Assembly: GCA_958427895.1 (NCBI GenBank)
Contig: CAUADW010000002.1
Coordinates: forward strand, 4,596-68,595
Direction: 5' to 3'
Source of the DNA: an uncultured Collinsella sp.
GTDB taxonomy: Bacteria; Actinomycetota; Coriobacteriia; Coriobacteriales; Coriobacteriaceae
Length of the DNA: 64,000 bases
A program made the translations under genes and the position numbers. Each line of letters starts with the position of its first letter. The stretch's first letter is position 1. A model generated the notes under the pieces. It was given only the letters and a program-made list of their open reading frames with translations. It searched no databases and was not told the DNA's origin. This document shows, piece by piece, positions 10,395 through 22,253 of this stretch.

Positions 10395-11432
10395 CTAAAG
10401 ACCGCCGTTCCAGTGCCGGATCACGAACTCTCGCAGGTCGTTCTGACGTTTCTGGAACGCTTCGCTTCGGTCGCACTTGAGACCCATAGCGAGGGCGATG
10501 GCGTTAATCGCCCGGTGCAATTGCAGCTGATGGGCAAACTGGGTCCCGGTGAGGACGATCATCCTAAAGCCCAGTGCGCTCAGCACGGTCATACGCTCCG
10601 CATCCGACGCGCTGCGCTGTTTATCAAGATGGTCCGAGCCGTTGTATTCAATCCCTGTACCGCTTGCTGGCGCATATACGTCGATCTCGAAATACCCGGC
10701 CTTTGCGAGATACTTGAACTCGTTGGGAACATCGACCCGATGGTTGAGCTCGATCTTGGCGTATCCCAGCCCGCCATGGGAACGTTTTGCCACGACCATG
10801 ATTGCGGTGGCCGTCTCCATGGGCGACCGCGCGCCATCGTGCACGCGCCTGAGCACGGCAGCCGCGCGCATAGCCCCCTGACGAGATCGGTTCTCATTGC
10901 AATAGGCAATCAAGTCGGCAACGGTATACCTCTGCCCCATCTCGATATAATCGCCTGTCGACAGATGATTCAAATGGTATCGGGCACAGATTTCGTAGCC
11001 ATATTCCAGCTGCTCGGGCTCACTCATCCACGAACCCGCTTGGACAAAGCACATGGCCTCATCAACCACCAGAAGGCCCTCCGCCACCTCGATAAGATGG
11101 CCTGGAGGTACCGGCGCCCCAAACACGTGGCACCTAAATCCAGCCGGCGTCGAGCGCTCAAAATCGAAGTTGACGAGCGTGTCGATATGGTCGAGCTCTT
11201 CTCGTGGAATACCCAGCGAAACCAGATAGTCGGTAACAATCCCAACTGCCGTTGAAGCCCTCAGCCCCTTGGCATCGAGTCCCAATTTGGGCAGGCTCGC
11301 GGTCGGCTCCGCCTCGTTAGCAAGCGAGTCCTCATCGTATAGGCTGCTTGCTCGCGAGAGCGGCTCGGACGGGCGCACCACGTTGTGGTACAGCCAGGCA
11401 GTCTTATGGGACAGGACGATCGGCAGGTCCAT
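10395..11432 (-). CDS. AbiEi-like N-terminus plus DUF559/Vsr-like (PD-(D/E)xK fold) putative endonuclease
   Basis: LSHKTA, ARSPMET, ID...IEYNG..H and D.ER...L..LG motifs typical of the actinobacterial DUF559 family; GGAGGG RBS. Confidence 0.7.
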   Translation of the reverse strand: MDLPIVLSHKTAWLYHNVVRPSEPLSRASSLYDEDSLANEAEPTASLPKLGLDAKGLRASTAVGIVTDYLVSLGIPREELDHIDTLVNFDFERSTPAGFRCHVFGAPVPPGHLIEVAEGLLVVDEAMCFVQAGSWMSEPEQLEYGYEICARYHLNHLSTGDYIEMGQRYTVADLIAYCNENRSRQGAMRAAAVLRRVHDGARSPMETATAIMVVAKRSHGGLGYAKIELNHRVDVPNEFKYLAKAGYFEIDVYAPASGTGIEYNGSDHLDKQRSASDAERMTVLSALGFRMIVLTGTQFAHQLQLHRAINAIALAMGLKCDRSEAFQKRQNDLREFVIRHWNGGL

Positions 11433-11533
11433 GAGCCCTCCAATGGAGTCGGATAACCAACCTTATTCCCCTGCCCACGGGTCCGCACACCTTCGTGCGC
11501 AAGAAAGCGATTCCACCCGGTCGAGTGGCAGAA

Positions 11534-11598
11534 AAACCATCACAACATTCGATGCTTTTCCCGATTTTGGCAAAAAACGTCGAATGTTGTGATGGTTT
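11534..11598 (+). repeat. Long palindrome, family B (upstream flank of the nuclease gene)
   Basis: 19-bp arms AAACCATCACAACATTCGA / TCGAATGTTGTGATGGTTT with a 27-nt spacer. Confidence 0.95.
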
Positions 11599-11647
11599 GA
11601 GGCAAGGTGAGGGGCACGGAAGGGTCAAAGCATCGTGCTCGAACGGG

Positions 11648-13546
11648 TTAATCCAACTCTTTTAAGCCATGCGCCAGCTGCCAGTACTCGCCGTGCTGGG
11701 CGAGCAACTCTTCGTGCGTGCCGCGCTCGATGATGCGGCCGTGTTCGAGGACCATGATGGCGTCGGCGTCGCGGACGGTGGACAGGCGATGCGCGATCAT
11801 AAACGTGGTGCGACCGCGCATGATGCGGTCCATACCGCGCTCGATGAGCTTTTCGGTACGCGTGTCAATGGAGCTCGTGGCCTCGTCCAGGATGAGCACC
11901 GGCGGATCGGCGACGGCCACGCGCGCGATGGCGAGCAGCTGACGCTGACCCTGCGACAGGTTGGCGCCGTCGGCCGTGACCGGTGTGTCGTAGCCCCGCG
12001 GCAGGCGGCGGATAAACGAGTCGGCGCAGGCGGCCTCGGCAGCGGCGCGCACCTCCTCGTCGGTCGCGTCGAGCTTGCCAAAGCGGATGTTCTGCGCAAT
12101 GGTGCCGCTAAACAGGTGCGTGTCCTGCAGCACAATGCCGAGCGACCCGCGCAGGCTGGCCTTGGCAATGTGCTTGACGTCGATGCCGTCGTACGTGATC
12201 TCGCCGTCATCGACCTCGTAGAAGCGGTTGATGAGGTTGGTAATGGTCGTCTTGCCGGCGCCCGTGGAGCCCACAAACGCAATCTTTTGCCCCGGCTTGG
12301 CAAACAGGTTGAGGTCCGTGAGCACGCGGGCGCCCGGCACGTAGGAAAAGTCCACGGCATGGAAGCGCACGTCGCCGGCAAGCGGGACCAAGCCGCACGT
12401 GAGCTCGGTGCCGTCGGCGGCCACCGCGCGGCCCGACTCATCAACGGCTGCCACGTCATGCAGGTGCCCGTAGACGCCCACGCCCTGGCCCTCGGGAATT
12501 TTCCACGCCCACGCGGCATCGCCCGTCTGCACCAGCTCCACGCAGCCCTCGTCCACCTCGGGCTCAAGGTCCATAGCCGCAAACAGGCGCTCGGCACCGG
12601 CCAACGCGTTGAGCAAGAAGTTGCCGAGCTGCGTAAACTGGTTGATGGGCATGGCGGCCTGGCGCACAAAGACCAGGTAGCTCGCGAGCGCACCTACGTC
12701 GGCGAGCCCCTTGATGCAGAGCATGCCGCCCGCCACGGCGACGATGGCATAGTTGACGTAGCCAATCACGACGGTCATGGGCACCATGGAGTTGGCATAG
12801 CTCACGGCGGCGGTGCCAGTGCGGCAAAGCTCGTCGTTGCGGCAGGTGAAGCCGGCGACATTCGCTGCCTCGTGATTAAAGACCTTGATGACCTTTTGGC
12901 CCGAGACCATCTCTTCGATATATCCGTCCAGGTCGCCAAGCGATGCCTGCTGGGCGGCAAAGAAGCGCTTAGAGCGCGCGCCCGAGTAGCGCGCATACAG
13001 CACAATGGCCGCATCGCACACGAGTGTGATAATCGTGAGCTGCCAGTTAAGGATGATGAGCATGGCCGTGGTGCCCACAACCTGAATGGCGGCCTGAATC
13101 ACGTTGGCAAAGCTGTTGTTGAGCGCCTCGGAGACGGTGTCGACGTCGTTGGTGAAAAAGCTCATGATGTCGCCCGAGCGCGTGCTGTCAAAATAACTGA
13201 GCGGCAGCGTCTGGATGTGCGCGAACAGGTCGCGGCGAATATCGGACACCACGTGTTGGGCCGCGCGCACCATAATCTGCGAGTAGCCCAGGGCCGAGAG
13301 CACGCCCGCAGCGTAGATGATCGCCGTCAGGATGACCTGCTTGGCAAGCAGTTCCTCCCCGCCCGTGGCCAAACCGTTAACGATGGGGCGCACCATGTAG
13401 GTGCCGGCGAGGCTCGCGATGGCGGCGACGGAGGCGAGCACGCCCACCGCGAGCAACGAGAACTTGGCATGCCCCATGTAGGAGAGCAGGCGGCGCACGG
13501 TGCGCTTGAGGTCGGCCGGGCGTGCTTGGGCTGCGGTCTTAGGCAT
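11648..13546 (-). CDS. Heterodimeric ABC exporter, TMD-NBD subunit 2
   Basis: GSTGAGKT, LSQGQRQ, ILDEATS, IAHRLST; true start is probably MPKTAAQ at 13546, overlapping the upstream stop. Confidence 0.9.
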   Translation of the reverse strand: MPKTAAQARPADLKRTVRRLLSYMGHAKFSLLAVGVLASVAAIASLAGTYMVRPIVNGLATGGEELLAKQVILTAIIYAAGVLSALGYSQIMVRAAQHVVSDIRRDLFAHIQTLPLSYFDSTRSGDIMSFFTNDVDTVSEALNNSFANVIQAAIQVVGTTAMLIILNWQLTIITLVCDAAIVLYARYSGARSKRFFAAQQASLGDLDGYIEEMVSGQKVIKVFNHEAANVAGFTCRNDELCRTGTAAVSYANSMVPMTVVIGYVNYAIVAVAGGMLCIKGLADVGALASYLVFVRQAAMPINQFTQLGNFLLNALAGAERLFAAMDLEPEVDEGCVELVQTGDAAWAWKIPEGQGVGVYGHLHDVAAVDESGRAVAADGTELTCGLVPLAGDVRFHAVDFSYVPGARVLTDLNLFAKPGQKIAFVGSTGAGKTTITNLINRFYEVDDGEITYDGIDVKHIAKASLRGSLGIVLQDTHLFSGTIAQNIRFGKLDATDEEVRAAAEAACADSFIRRLPRGYDTPVTADGANLSQGQRQLLAIARVAVADPPVLILDEATSSIDTRTEKLIERGMDRIMRGRTTFMIAHRLSTVRDADAIMVLEHGRIIERGTHEELLAQHGEYWQLAHGLKELD

Positions 13547-15368
13547 GGCGCTCACCCCCTTCCAAGGGCGATCCTCCGGGGACGGAGGAAAACGGATCAT
13601 TCGCGCAACCATCGTCGTTGCCATCGCCGGCGTCCGCGTTCCCCGCAAACTCCATCTGCGAGGCGTAAATCTCCTGGTATATGTTGTCGCCCGCCAGCAG
13701 TTCCTCGTGCGTGCCCACGCCGTGGACACGACCGTCGTCCAATACCACAATGCGATCGGCATCCATGACGCTCGCGATGCGCTGGGCGATGATGAGCACG
13801 GTCGTATCGGGAATCCGAGCGATGTGCTCTCGAATCTTTGCGTCGGTCGCCATATCGACCGCGCTGGTGGAGTCATCAAAAATGAGCACGCGCGGATGCT
13901 TGAGCAGCGTGCGCGCGATGCACAGACGTTGCTTCTGGCCACCCGAGACACCGGCGCCGCCTTGGCCCAACTCGCCGTCCAGCCCGCCGATGCGATCAAG
14001 GAACTCGTCCACGCACGCCGCGCGGCAAGCCGCGAGGAGCTCATCGTCCGACGCCTGCGGATTGCCCCACTGCAGGTTCTCGCGCACGGTACCCGTAAAC
14101 AGCACGTTCTTTTGCAGCACAATGCCCACGGCGTCGCGCAAGGCGGCGAGGTCGTAGTCACGCACGTCACGTCCGCCCACAAGCACGGCACCCTCGGTAG
14201 CGTCGTACAGGCGCGCAATCAGCTGCACAAGTGAGCTCTTGCCCGAGCCCGTGCCGCCGAGGATGCCCACCGTCGAGCCGCTCTCGATGCGAAGGTCGAT
14301 ATGCTCGAGCACATCCTCGGCTGCATCCGCGCGGTATTTAAAGGAAACGTCGCGAAACTCGATACTGCCGTCCGCTGGCGCCGCAATCGCGAGGTCTCCC
14401 GCGGGGTTGACGATAAAGGGCTCCTCATCGAGCACCTCGGCGATACGGCCCACACTCGTAAGAGCGCGCGTGAGCAGCAAAAACACGTTGGAAATCATCA
14501 TGAGCGAATTCATGATCAGCAGCACGTAGCTCATAAAGCCCGTGAGCGAGCCCACGCCCAGCTTGCCGGCGAGAATCATGCGGCCGCCAATCCACAGGAT
14601 GGAGAGCGCAGCCACGTACATCGACAGCTGAAACACCGGCAGGTTGAGCACGGCGGTGCCGAAGGTCTTGGTCGCCGTGCCGGCGAGCTCGGTATTGACG
14701 GTGTCGAACTTGGCCTCCTCGTGCTCGGTACGAACGTAGGCCTTGACGGCACGCACGGCGGTGAGGTCCTCCTGTACCACGCCGTTGAGGTGGTCCATCG
14801 AGGTCTGGAGTTGGCGGTAGAGCGGACTGACGCGATAGGTGATGGCGCCCAGTACGATTGCCAGCACGGGCAAGATGATCGCAAAGACGTTGGCGAGCGG
14901 GCGCGACAGCATCAGCGCGTAGATAAGGCCGACGATAAGCGTCACCGGGCCGCGCACCATAGGGCGAAAGCCGTTGCCCACAGCATTTTGGATAACGGTG
15001 ATGTCCGTGGTCATGCGGGTGACGAGCGAGCTGGCGTCGTAGTTGTCCAGGTTACCAAAAGCGAGCGTCTGAATCTTTTTGTACTCGGCCTCGCGCAGGT
15101 TAGCGCCTAGGCCCGAGGCAACGCGGGCGGACGTGCGGGCATAACCCAAGCCCAGTACCAGCGAAAGCGCAGCGCACACCAACATGTACGCGCCCTGCAG
15201 CAGCATGTAGTTGATATCACCCGCAGGCACGCCCACATCGATGATGTTGGCCATGATGACCGGGATAAACAGCTCGAGCACCGTCTCGACCGACACAAAG
15301 AACACGCCGAGGATGGCATCGCGACGGTATGTCCCTAGATAGGAAAACAGTATTTTGAGATTGCGCAC
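13539..15368 (-). CDS. Heterodimeric ABC exporter, TMD-NBD subunit 1 (degenerate ATP site)
   Basis: GGTGSGKS, VSGGQKQR, degenerate IFDDSTS and IAQR. Confidence 0.9.
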   Translation of the reverse strand: MRNLKILFSYLGTYRRDAILGVFFVSVETVLELFIPVIMANIIDVGVPAGDINYMLLQGAYMLVCAALSLVLGLGYARTSARVASGLGANLREAEYKKIQTLAFGNLDNYDASSLVTRMTTDITVIQNAVGNGFRPMVRGPVTLIVGLIYALMLSRPLANVFAIILPVLAIVLGAITYRVSPLYRQLQTSMDHLNGVVQEDLTAVRAVKAYVRTEHEEAKFDTVNTELAGTATKTFGTAVLNLPVFQLSMYVAALSILWIGGRMILAGKLGVGSLTGFMSYVLLIMNSLMMISNVFLLLTRALTSVGRIAEVLDEEPFIVNPAGDLAIAAPADGSIEFRDVSFKYRADAAEDVLEHIDLRIESGSTVGILGGTGSGKSSLVQLIARLYDATEGAVLVGGRDVRDYDLAALRDAVGIVLQKNVLFTGTVRENLQWGNPQASDDELLAACRAACVDEFLDRIGGLDGELGQGGAGVSGGQKQRLCIARTLLKHPRVLIFDDSTSAVDMATDAKIREHIARIPDTTVLIIAQRIASVMDADRIVVLDDGRVHGVGTHEELLAGDNIYQEIYASQMEFAGNADAGDGNDDGCANDPFSSVPGGSPLEGGERHA

Positions 15369-15555
15369 GCAGGTTCAACCCCCATCAAACGTTGTTCGCA
15401 AACGCACGTATTATTGCGCGCCGAATAATGGTGTCAAGTATTCCGAAATCGTTTTCTGCAAGGTTAGCGCCGGCGGCGAGTTCTCGTGACGTGTGTCCAT
15501 ATTCACTCGGAATAATGGTGCGCGAGACTTTTTCGCTCCGGCGTCATCACAAACC

Positions 15556-15580
15556 TTGACTCTACAATCGTTGTAGGGTT
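15556..15580 (+). promoter_or_regulatory. MerR-type promoter/operator of the MATE gene
   Basis: TTGACT followed directly by the dyad CTACAA-TCG-TTGTAG; a MerR gene lies in the same operon. Confidence 0.65.
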
Positions 15581-15626
15581 TTCACTACACTGGTACCTAA
15601 ACGAACCAAGTCAGAAAGCCCCGCCC

Positions 15627-16973
15627 ATGGAACACGACCTCACACGCGGCAATGTCCTTAAGACCATCGCGGTCTTTGCCCTGCCTTATATGCTCTCGTA
15701 CTTTTTGCAGATGCTCTACGGCATGGCCGACCTGTACATGATGGGGCAGTTTAGCGGCGCCGCCGGCATCACCGCCGTGGGCAATGGCGCGCAGACGCTC
15801 TACATCATTACCGTGACGCTCGTGGGCCTGGCCATGGGAACGACGGTCATCGTCGGCCACGCCGTGGGCTCGCGTCGCTTCGATCGCGCCGAGACCGCCA
15901 TCGGCAACACCATTACGCTGTTTATGGGCGTCTCGATGGTACTGGCCGTCATCTTGTTTGCACTATGCCCGCAGGTTGTGGCGCTCATTGGCACGCCGCC
16001 CGAGGCAGTCGAAGGCACCGCCGCCTACCTGCGTATCTGCTTTGTCGGCATTCCGTTTATCGCCGCATACAACATTCTCTCGGCCATCTTTCGCGGCCTG
16101 GGCGATTCACGCTCGCCCATGTACGTGATTGGCGTGGCATGCGTCATCAACATCGCGCTCGATTTTCTATTTATCGGCCACATGGGGCTCGGCCCCGTGG
16201 GCGCGGCGCTCGGCACGGTGACCGCCCAGACGGCCAGCGTTGCCCTCGCACTCGTGTGGCTCAAGAGCCGTCGCACGAACATCCATGTTAAGCGCAGCGA
16301 CCTGCGCCCCCAGCCCGAGGTGCTCGGCAGCATCCTTAAGATCGGCGTGCCCGTGGCCGTGCAGGACGGCTGCATCCAGGTGGCGTTTATGTTTATCACC
16401 GTCATCGCCAACCATCGAGGGCTCGTCGATGCCGCCGCCGTGGGCCTGGTCGAAAAGATGATCAGCTTTTTGTTCATTGTGCCGAGTTCCATGGGCGCCA
16501 CCGTCAGCGCGCTCACGGCGCAAAACGCCGGCGCGGGCAAGGGCGACCGTGCACGTCAGGTACTCAAGGACGCCATGACCATATCGGTAGTGTACGGCTG
16601 CCTGATTACGGTGCTGATGTGGCTGGTGGCGCCGGCGTTTATCGGCTTTTTTGCCAAGGACCCCGCGGTGGTCGCGGCCGGCACCAACTATATGCACAGT
16701 TATATTTTCGACGCAATCTTTGCCGGCATCCACATTTGCTTTAGCGGCTTTTTCGCTGCATACGGCAAGAGCTATATCGGCTTTGCGCACAACGTGCTGG
16801 CCGTAGCGCTCATTCGTGTGCCGGGCGCGTGGCTGCTGTCGAACGCCTATTCCGATACGTTGTTTCCCATGGGCATCGCCTCGCCGTGCGGGTCAATTCT
16901 GTCGGCAGTCATTTGCGTGATGGCATTCACCGTACTCAACCGCTGCGGAGCTTTTGACAAGCTGATGGCGTAG
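15627..16973 (+). CDS. MATE family efflux transporter
   Basis: DLT.G, RGLGDSRSP and NIALD motifs; about 12 TM segments. Confidence 0.92.
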   Translation: MEHDLTRGNVLKTIAVFALPYMLSYFLQMLYGMADLYMMGQFSGAAGITAVGNGAQTLYIITVTLVGLAMGTTVIVGHAVGSRRFDRAETAIGNTITLFMGVSMVLAVILFALCPQVVALIGTPPEAVEGTAAYLRICFVGIPFIAAYNILSAIFRGLGDSRSPMYVIGVACVINIALDFLFIGHMGLGPVGAALGTVTAQTASVALALVWLKSRRTNIHVKRSDLRPQPEVLGSILKIGVPVAVQDGCIQVAFMFITVIANHRGLVDAAAVGLVEKMISFLFIVPSSMGATVSALTAQNAGAGKGDRARQVLKDAMTISVVYGCLITVLMWLVAPAFIGFFAKDPAVVAAGTNYMHSYIFDAIFAGIHICFSGFFAAYGKSYIGFAHNVLAVALIRVPGAWLLSNAYSDTLFPMGIASPCGSILSAVICVMAFTVLNRCGAFDKLMA

Positions 16974-17029
16974 CGAGGCGACGCAGGCCTGGCACTTCTC
17001 CCCTGCTTTTTACCGAAAGGAGCGGTCCC

Positions 17030-17869
17030 ATGACCGACTCGCCAACTGAACATACCGAGGGCCTGCTCCGCATTGGCGAGGTGGCGCGCTTGTTCAACCT
17101 GAGTGTGGGCACGTTGCGCCATTACGAGCAGATGGGATTGCTGGACCCGGCGCACATCGATTCGGCGAGTGGATACCGCTACTACGGATCGCGGCAGCTC
17201 TCCACCCTCAACACCATCAGCCACCTGCGTGTTCTCGACTTGCCGTTGGCACAAATCCGTGAGTTTGTGACCACGCGTGATGTGGACCTCATGCAGCGGC
17301 AACTGGCCCAGCAACAGGAGCTCATCGAGCGCAAGCGCCGCGAGCTCGAACGCGTGTCGCGCAAGATCGATAACCGACTTGGGCTGCTGCACGATGCGTT
17401 GAACACCGAGCTCGATGCTATTTGCGCAATCGATGCGCCCGAGCTTCGTTGCGCCGTATTGCGCGAACGCGTCAACCCTACCGACGCCTATGCGCTGGAG
17501 TGGCAGATTCGTCAGCTGCAGAAAGGCCAGCTCGAGACGTTTGTTTTTCTGGGCAACTTGGGCGTCGGGATCGCGCCCGAACGCTTTGCCGCCGGCGACT
17601 TTGATGGCTACGACGAGGTCTTTCTGCTGCTGGATGACACGGACGATTACCTGGGCGATGTCGAAGTACGTCCCGCCGCGCGGTGTCTGACGGTCAGCTT
17701 CCGCGGCACGCACGGTCAGGCGGCCCCGCGCTATGAGCGCTTACTCGATTACATGCACGAGCGCGACCTGTCCCCCGCCGGTCCCTCGCGTGAAATCGCC
17801 CTCATCGACGACATCATCAGCGACGACCGGGGAGCGTATGTGACGAGGATCGCGATACCGGTCCGCTAA
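17030..17869 (+). CDS. MerR family regulator with GyrI-like effector domain
   Basis: IGEVARLFNLSVGTLRHYEQMGLL.P...SGYRYY. Confidence 0.92.
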   Translation: MTDSPTEHTEGLLRIGEVARLFNLSVGTLRHYEQMGLLDPAHIDSASGYRYYGSRQLSTLNTISHLRVLDLPLAQIREFVTTRDVDLMQRQLAQQQELIERKRRELERVSRKIDNRLGLLHDALNTELDAICAIDAPELRCAVLRERVNPTDAYALEWQIRQLQKGQLETFVFLGNLGVGIAPERFAAGDFDGYDEVFLLLDDTDDYLGDVEVRPAARCLTVSFRGTHGQAAPRYERLLDYMHERDLSPAGPSREIALIDDIISDDRGAYVTRIAIPVR

Positions 17870-17977
17870 TCACTACCATTTATCGAGCAATTCCATCCAT
17901 TTACCTTAATCCGAATTAGATTGTATTTTGTAGCAAATAAAATGACAGCATATTGCCCCCCATAGGCAGGAGACATT

Positions 17978-19150
17978 ATGCCCAGAGTTCAATCACGTCG
18001 CTCGTTTCTTCTCGGCCTAGCCTCGATCATCGGCTTATCCGCGTCACGCCCAACAAGAGTATTCGCTGCCGACTCAAACTCATCCGTCGCTTTTACTTCA
18101 GACCTAGCACAAGACTACGCGCTTTCCCTGTTGCCCATCGTCGACGGATCCGCGAACTTAGAGATCGAGCAAATCGTTCCCGTATGCCAACAAATCGGCC
18201 TTATCTGTGGCTATGAAATCAGTGTCACAAGGGAAGGAAGCCCTTACGGTTATTTAATACTTGACGCATCATATCCTGGGCTTCTGAAGGAAATAACCCT
18301 CGGCGATACCATTCTTCCGATTTCAGCTTCTCTATCAAACGCCATTTCAACTTATTCCGGCCAACAGGCCACAAACCCAACCGTACTAATTTCGTACAAC
18401 GATATTGAATATGGAACTTTGGTGCCAGGAACTAGAGACTGTGTAACCAACTATAACAATATACGGTCTGTCCCGATTGTCACCAAAAAGGGTATAGCAC
18501 CTCAAAGCAATAACCCAACTTCATGGGATGCAGTCATTATCAATGAAGATGACTTGATGTTGCATTTCCAAATAGACGATTTAAACGGAATACCGTTCCG
18601 AGGAGTCTCGGAATCATTAGTTGAAGCCCGCACTAATAAGTATGCATGCGTCGTTTCTGCCTTGTACGCTGTATCAATGCATTACGGTCTCACCAGTTCA
18701 AACGCTAATCAATTTAATCCCGATTATTATAAAGAAATATGGAACGTCACTGGCACAACAACGTATAAGACCAATGATCAGGGCGTCGAGTACGGAAGCA
18801 CGATCATCCCAGATGGAATTGTTCCGTTTAAAAGTCTTGCCGCTCAAAAGGGTAGAGCACTTAATACTCAATTTTTCGGTTATCAGCCTCAATTCGCTCA
18901 GTACAGAGCAACTATCGATCAAGGGAATATCGGCTTGTATCATATGTGGATCAACAGCCGGAACAGTGAAGGATCCGTCGAGCTATCAGGTCATACGGTC
19001 ACGGTAACTGGCTATTTTACTGGGCATAATGGAAGCTCTGGCATCGAACTGCAGTGGCTCGAAGTATTCGACGGATGGAACACTTATCCCCGAGCGATTA
19101 ACTATGCAACGCCCAATATGGTCAAATTGAACGGAACAGTCTTTTGGTAG
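17978..19150 (+). CDS. Secreted papain-fold (C39/C10-like) cysteine peptidase with a Tat-like signal
   Basis: SRRSFL twin-arginine signal; ACVVSA (Cys), GHTVTVTGY (His), VFDGW (Asp); visibly AT-richer than its flanks. Confidence 0.6.
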   Translation: MPRVQSRRSFLLGLASIIGLSASRPTRVFAADSNSSVAFTSDLAQDYALSLLPIVDGSANLEIEQIVPVCQQIGLICGYEISVTREGSPYGYLILDASYPGLLKEITLGDTILPISASLSNAISTYSGQQATNPTVLISYNDIEYGTLVPGTRDCVTNYNNIRSVPIVTKKGIAPQSNNPTSWDAVIINEDDLMLHFQIDDLNGIPFRGVSESLVEARTNKYACVVSALYAVSMHYGLTSSNANQFNPDYYKEIWNVTGTTTYKTNDQGVEYGSTIIPDGIVPFKSLAAQKGRALNTQFFGYQPQFAQYRATIDQGNIGLYHMWINSRNSEGSVELSGHTVTVTGYFTGHNGSSGIELQWLEVFDGWNTYPRAINYATPNMVKLNGTVFW

Positions 19151-19155
19151 ACCGG

Positions 19156-19542
19156 ATGGCACCATCAAAATGCTATGGCACCACGGCCTTTGCCCTGGTT
19201 ACGATATTGGTGATTTTCGCTATGTTTGCATCCGTTTCTTCATGCACAGATAGAGCCCGCTATAGCGGAGGAGATGATTACCTTGTCTTTGGAGCCGGCA
19301 GCGTTCATTCTATTGAGGGAACGGAACTCGTAATCCAAACAGACAACAGTCCCCGCTACACCGACGCTGGAAAGCAAACCCGGATTACATTCCCCTCATC
19401 TGGCCGAATCAAAGACAAGCTTTCCCAAATCAAAGTTGGGACAAGAGTTTCCTACTCACGCTTTGAGTCGGTAGACGCATCTGGATCATACGAGGGAAAC
19501 GATATCGAAATTGAACAGGCAAACACTATAAGGAGATGTTGA
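19156..19542 (+). CDS. Small putative lipoprotein
   Basis: Hydrophobic N-terminus ending VSSC; starts 6 nt after the peptidase stop. Confidence 0.55.
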   Translation: MAPSKCYGTTAFALVTILVIFAMFASVSSCTDRARYSGGDDYLVFGAGSVHSIEGTELVIQTDNSPRYTDAGKQTRITFPSSGRIKDKLSQIKVGTRVSYSRFESVDASGSYEGNDIEIEQANTIRRC

Positions 19543-19572
19543 GGAACTGAGCCTCTGCGCAGTTCCTCAACA
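19537..19572. terminator. Hairpin between the convergent lipoprotein gene and ligA
   Basis: TGTTGAGGAACTG...CAGTTCCTCAACA. Confidence 0.6.
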
Positions 19573-19577
19573 AATCA

Positions 19578-22117
<2,540 letters not shown>

Positions 22118-22191
22118 GACCATTACGAACCAGGCCTCTTGTCAGCCCCAAGTGATCCGTTTTCCTCCGTCCCCAACGGATCAATAAGAAA

Positions 22192-22227
22192 AGAGGGGCT
22201 GTCCCGCGTTGGTGGGACAGCCCCTCT
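22192..22227 (-). terminator. Rho-independent terminator of htrA
   Basis: AGAGGGGCTGTCCC...GGGACAGCCCCTCT, followed by a T-rich tail on the minus strand. Confidence 0.7.
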
Positions 22228-22253
22228 GGTATCGGTATGAGCGAAACGGCTCG

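Noticed and set aside
11648..14218. 856-aa ABC protein from the far upstream start
   Set aside because: The first 224 codons overlap the partner gene in another frame; the real start is at 13546.
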